In this document: positions 63,022-64,000 of the stretch, in pieces
Numbering within the stretch: position 1 is the stretch's first letter
How the letters are laid out: every line of letters begins with the position of its first letter
NCBI GenBank assembly: GCA_963780885.1
Contig: CAWAEO010000002.1
Span: 889,665 to 953,664, forward strand
DNA: 64,000 bases
Reading direction: 5' to 3'
Source: Nitrospirota bacterium
Lineage (GTDB): Bacteria; Nitrospirota; Thermodesulfovibrionia; Thermodesulfovibrionales; Dissulfurispiraceae
Translations under genes and position numbers: made by a program
Notes under the pieces: generated by a model
What the model was told of the DNA's origin: nothing
The model's input: the letters and a program-made list of their open reading frames with translations, nothing else
Database searches by the model: none

Positions 63022-63278
63022 ATCGTTCCGGAGGTTGCTGTAATGTACAGCACTCGATATTCCGAAGGATGCAGCGTTGAGGATGCAAACCGCAATGCCG
63101 AGGATTTGCCGCTGCCTACATCGCCGGTGATTACTGCTATGGCGCCAAGATTCACAGCATACAATAAGCGTTCTTTTACGCCTATCAGTCCGGCATGTTT
63201 CATCATGTCTTCTACTCGTATGTCCGGGGAGAAGGGTTCTTTCTTGAATCCGAAGAACACCCTATATTGCTCTCTCAT
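63022..63278 (-). pseudogene. TniB/ExeA-like AAA+ ATPase, N-terminal part
   Basis: The RBS ggggagg precedes ATG 63278. The product is MREQYRVFFGFKKEPFSPD...ITGDVGSGKSSALR (Walker A)...YITATSGT, then the IS junction. Confidence 0.8.
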
Positions 63279-64000
63279 TGTCTTCCTCCCCTGAAACTTT
63301 GCCGAACAGTTTTCCTCCATCGTACTGCCTGTCTGGGTTATCACCGATCTCAAAGGTGTCTCTACCCTTGGTGCCTTTATCTCTTCTGACCCGGTAGTTG
63401 ACGTTTACATCGAGCATGACGGCGAATCCATGTGTTTTACCATCAAGAGTGATTTCCATCCTCGCAGGATCGTGCTTATGGTATAAGAGGGTTACCCGTT
63501 TGCCGACAAGCCCTACCGGCACTTCATACAAACGCCCCTCTATCGCAACTGTTCTGTCTTTTGCTACTGTCCTTTTTGCCGCCTTTCTGAAATGATCTTC
63601 AAGGTCTTTCGGTGCAGGCCGCACACACTCGATATTGCGGGTAAACCTTCTTATGGGTTCTTCCTTTGTAATGCTGTGAACTCTGTTGTTATAGGAATCA
63701 ACCCACTGTTTGAAAGATTCATTGAGCGCAGATAGTGTTGTTGCCTTGTGTATGCTTAAGAACTGTTCGCGCACTGTGCGAAAGATTCGCTCGCATTTGC
63801 CTCGACCTTCAGGCTGATAAGGTTTGCTATGGATAAGCACTATGCCCAGGGAGGCGCAAGTATGCTCAAGATGATGGCTCCTGAAGGCTGAACCGTTATC
63901 GACATATAGTTTCCTTGGAACCCCTCTTTTCAGGAGCGCCTTTCTGAAACTGTCCAGAAAACACTCCAACTTCTCATGCAGGTAGAACTCCGCATGCAAG
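63262..64000 (-). CDS. Mu/Tn552-like DDE transposase (rve core plus Mu-transposase-like C-terminus), 5' end outside the window
   Basis: Contains YVDNGSAFRSHHLE...PYQPEGRGKCERIFRTV (the DDE E region) and the C-terminal beta-domain VAIEGRLYEVP. It overlaps the ATPase start, as in tniA-tniB-type operons. Confidence 0.8.
   Translation of the reverse strand, partial: LHAEFYLHEKLECFLDSFRKALLKRGVPRKLYVDNGSAFRSHHLEHTCASLGIVLIHSKPYQPEGRGKCERIFRTVREQFLSIHKATTLSALNESFKQWVDSYNNRVHSITKEEPIRRFTRNIECVRPAPKDLEDHFRKAAKRTVAKDRTVAIEGRLYEVPVGLVGKRVTLLYHKHDPARMEITLDGKTHGFAVMLDVNVNYRVRRDKGTKGRDTFEIGDNPDRQYDGGKLFGKVSGEEDNERAI

Overview
Bacterial accessory-rich region with dense ORFs preceded by ribosome-binding sites. 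No rRNA, tRNA or CRISPR array was found by eye. All identities and alignments below are by eye; no search or computation was run.

1-12 kb: a head-to-head scar of a 5'-truncated histidine kinase and a response-regulator fragment, then an IS3-family insertion. Ordinary-looking genes follow: SAM methyltransferase, CspA-type cold-shock protein, desulforedoxin-like protein, and an envelope operon (polysaccharide deacetylase, GHL-type glycosidase, beta-lactamase-fold::NamZ fusion). A GalT-like HIT enzyme and a GT2/GT21 glycosyltransferase are bracketed by two MITE-like elements.

12-24.5 kb: a mobile mosaic. It holds a tyrosine integrase, a 1577-bp IS3-family copy, a ParB-like locus with an inverted coding duplication, and three orphan ORFs each followed by a related 3' motif, the last an attC-like palindrome. 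A tyrosine recombinase plus IS91-family Y2 transposase and a VapBC pair complete it.

24.6-56.4 kb: a defence island.
- Gabija-like OLD ATPase plus UvrD helicase.
- An IS21 whose istA carries an in-frame stop.
- A four-gene cluster of Zn-ribbon 4-TM protein, Zn-phospholipase-C-like protein, lipoprotein and TPR-CHAT protease. This is my top candidate for an undescribed system.
- A serine recombinase, a YhaM-like HD nuclease and two lipoproteins.
- An XRE regulator next to an AAA+ ATPase / membrane protein / small protein cluster, and a membrane-anchored DUF2726-like protein.
- A three-gene ABC-3C conflict system and a 1249-aa type IIG restriction-modification enzyme.

56.4-64 kb: an SRAP (YedK-like) protein, orphan membrane proteins and a 5'-truncated HNH-like ORF. 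A Mu/Tn552-like transposase with a TniB/ExeA-like ATPase follows, and that ATPase is split by the second IS3 copy.

Noncoding highlights:
- A ~210-bp repeat sits in the same relative position upstream of both the Gabija-like and the ABC-3C operons.
- A ~300-bp module encoding a 60-aa helical protein occurs as direct repeats 37 kb apart.
- A ~210-nt palindromic element plus an intrinsic terminator lies in front of csp.
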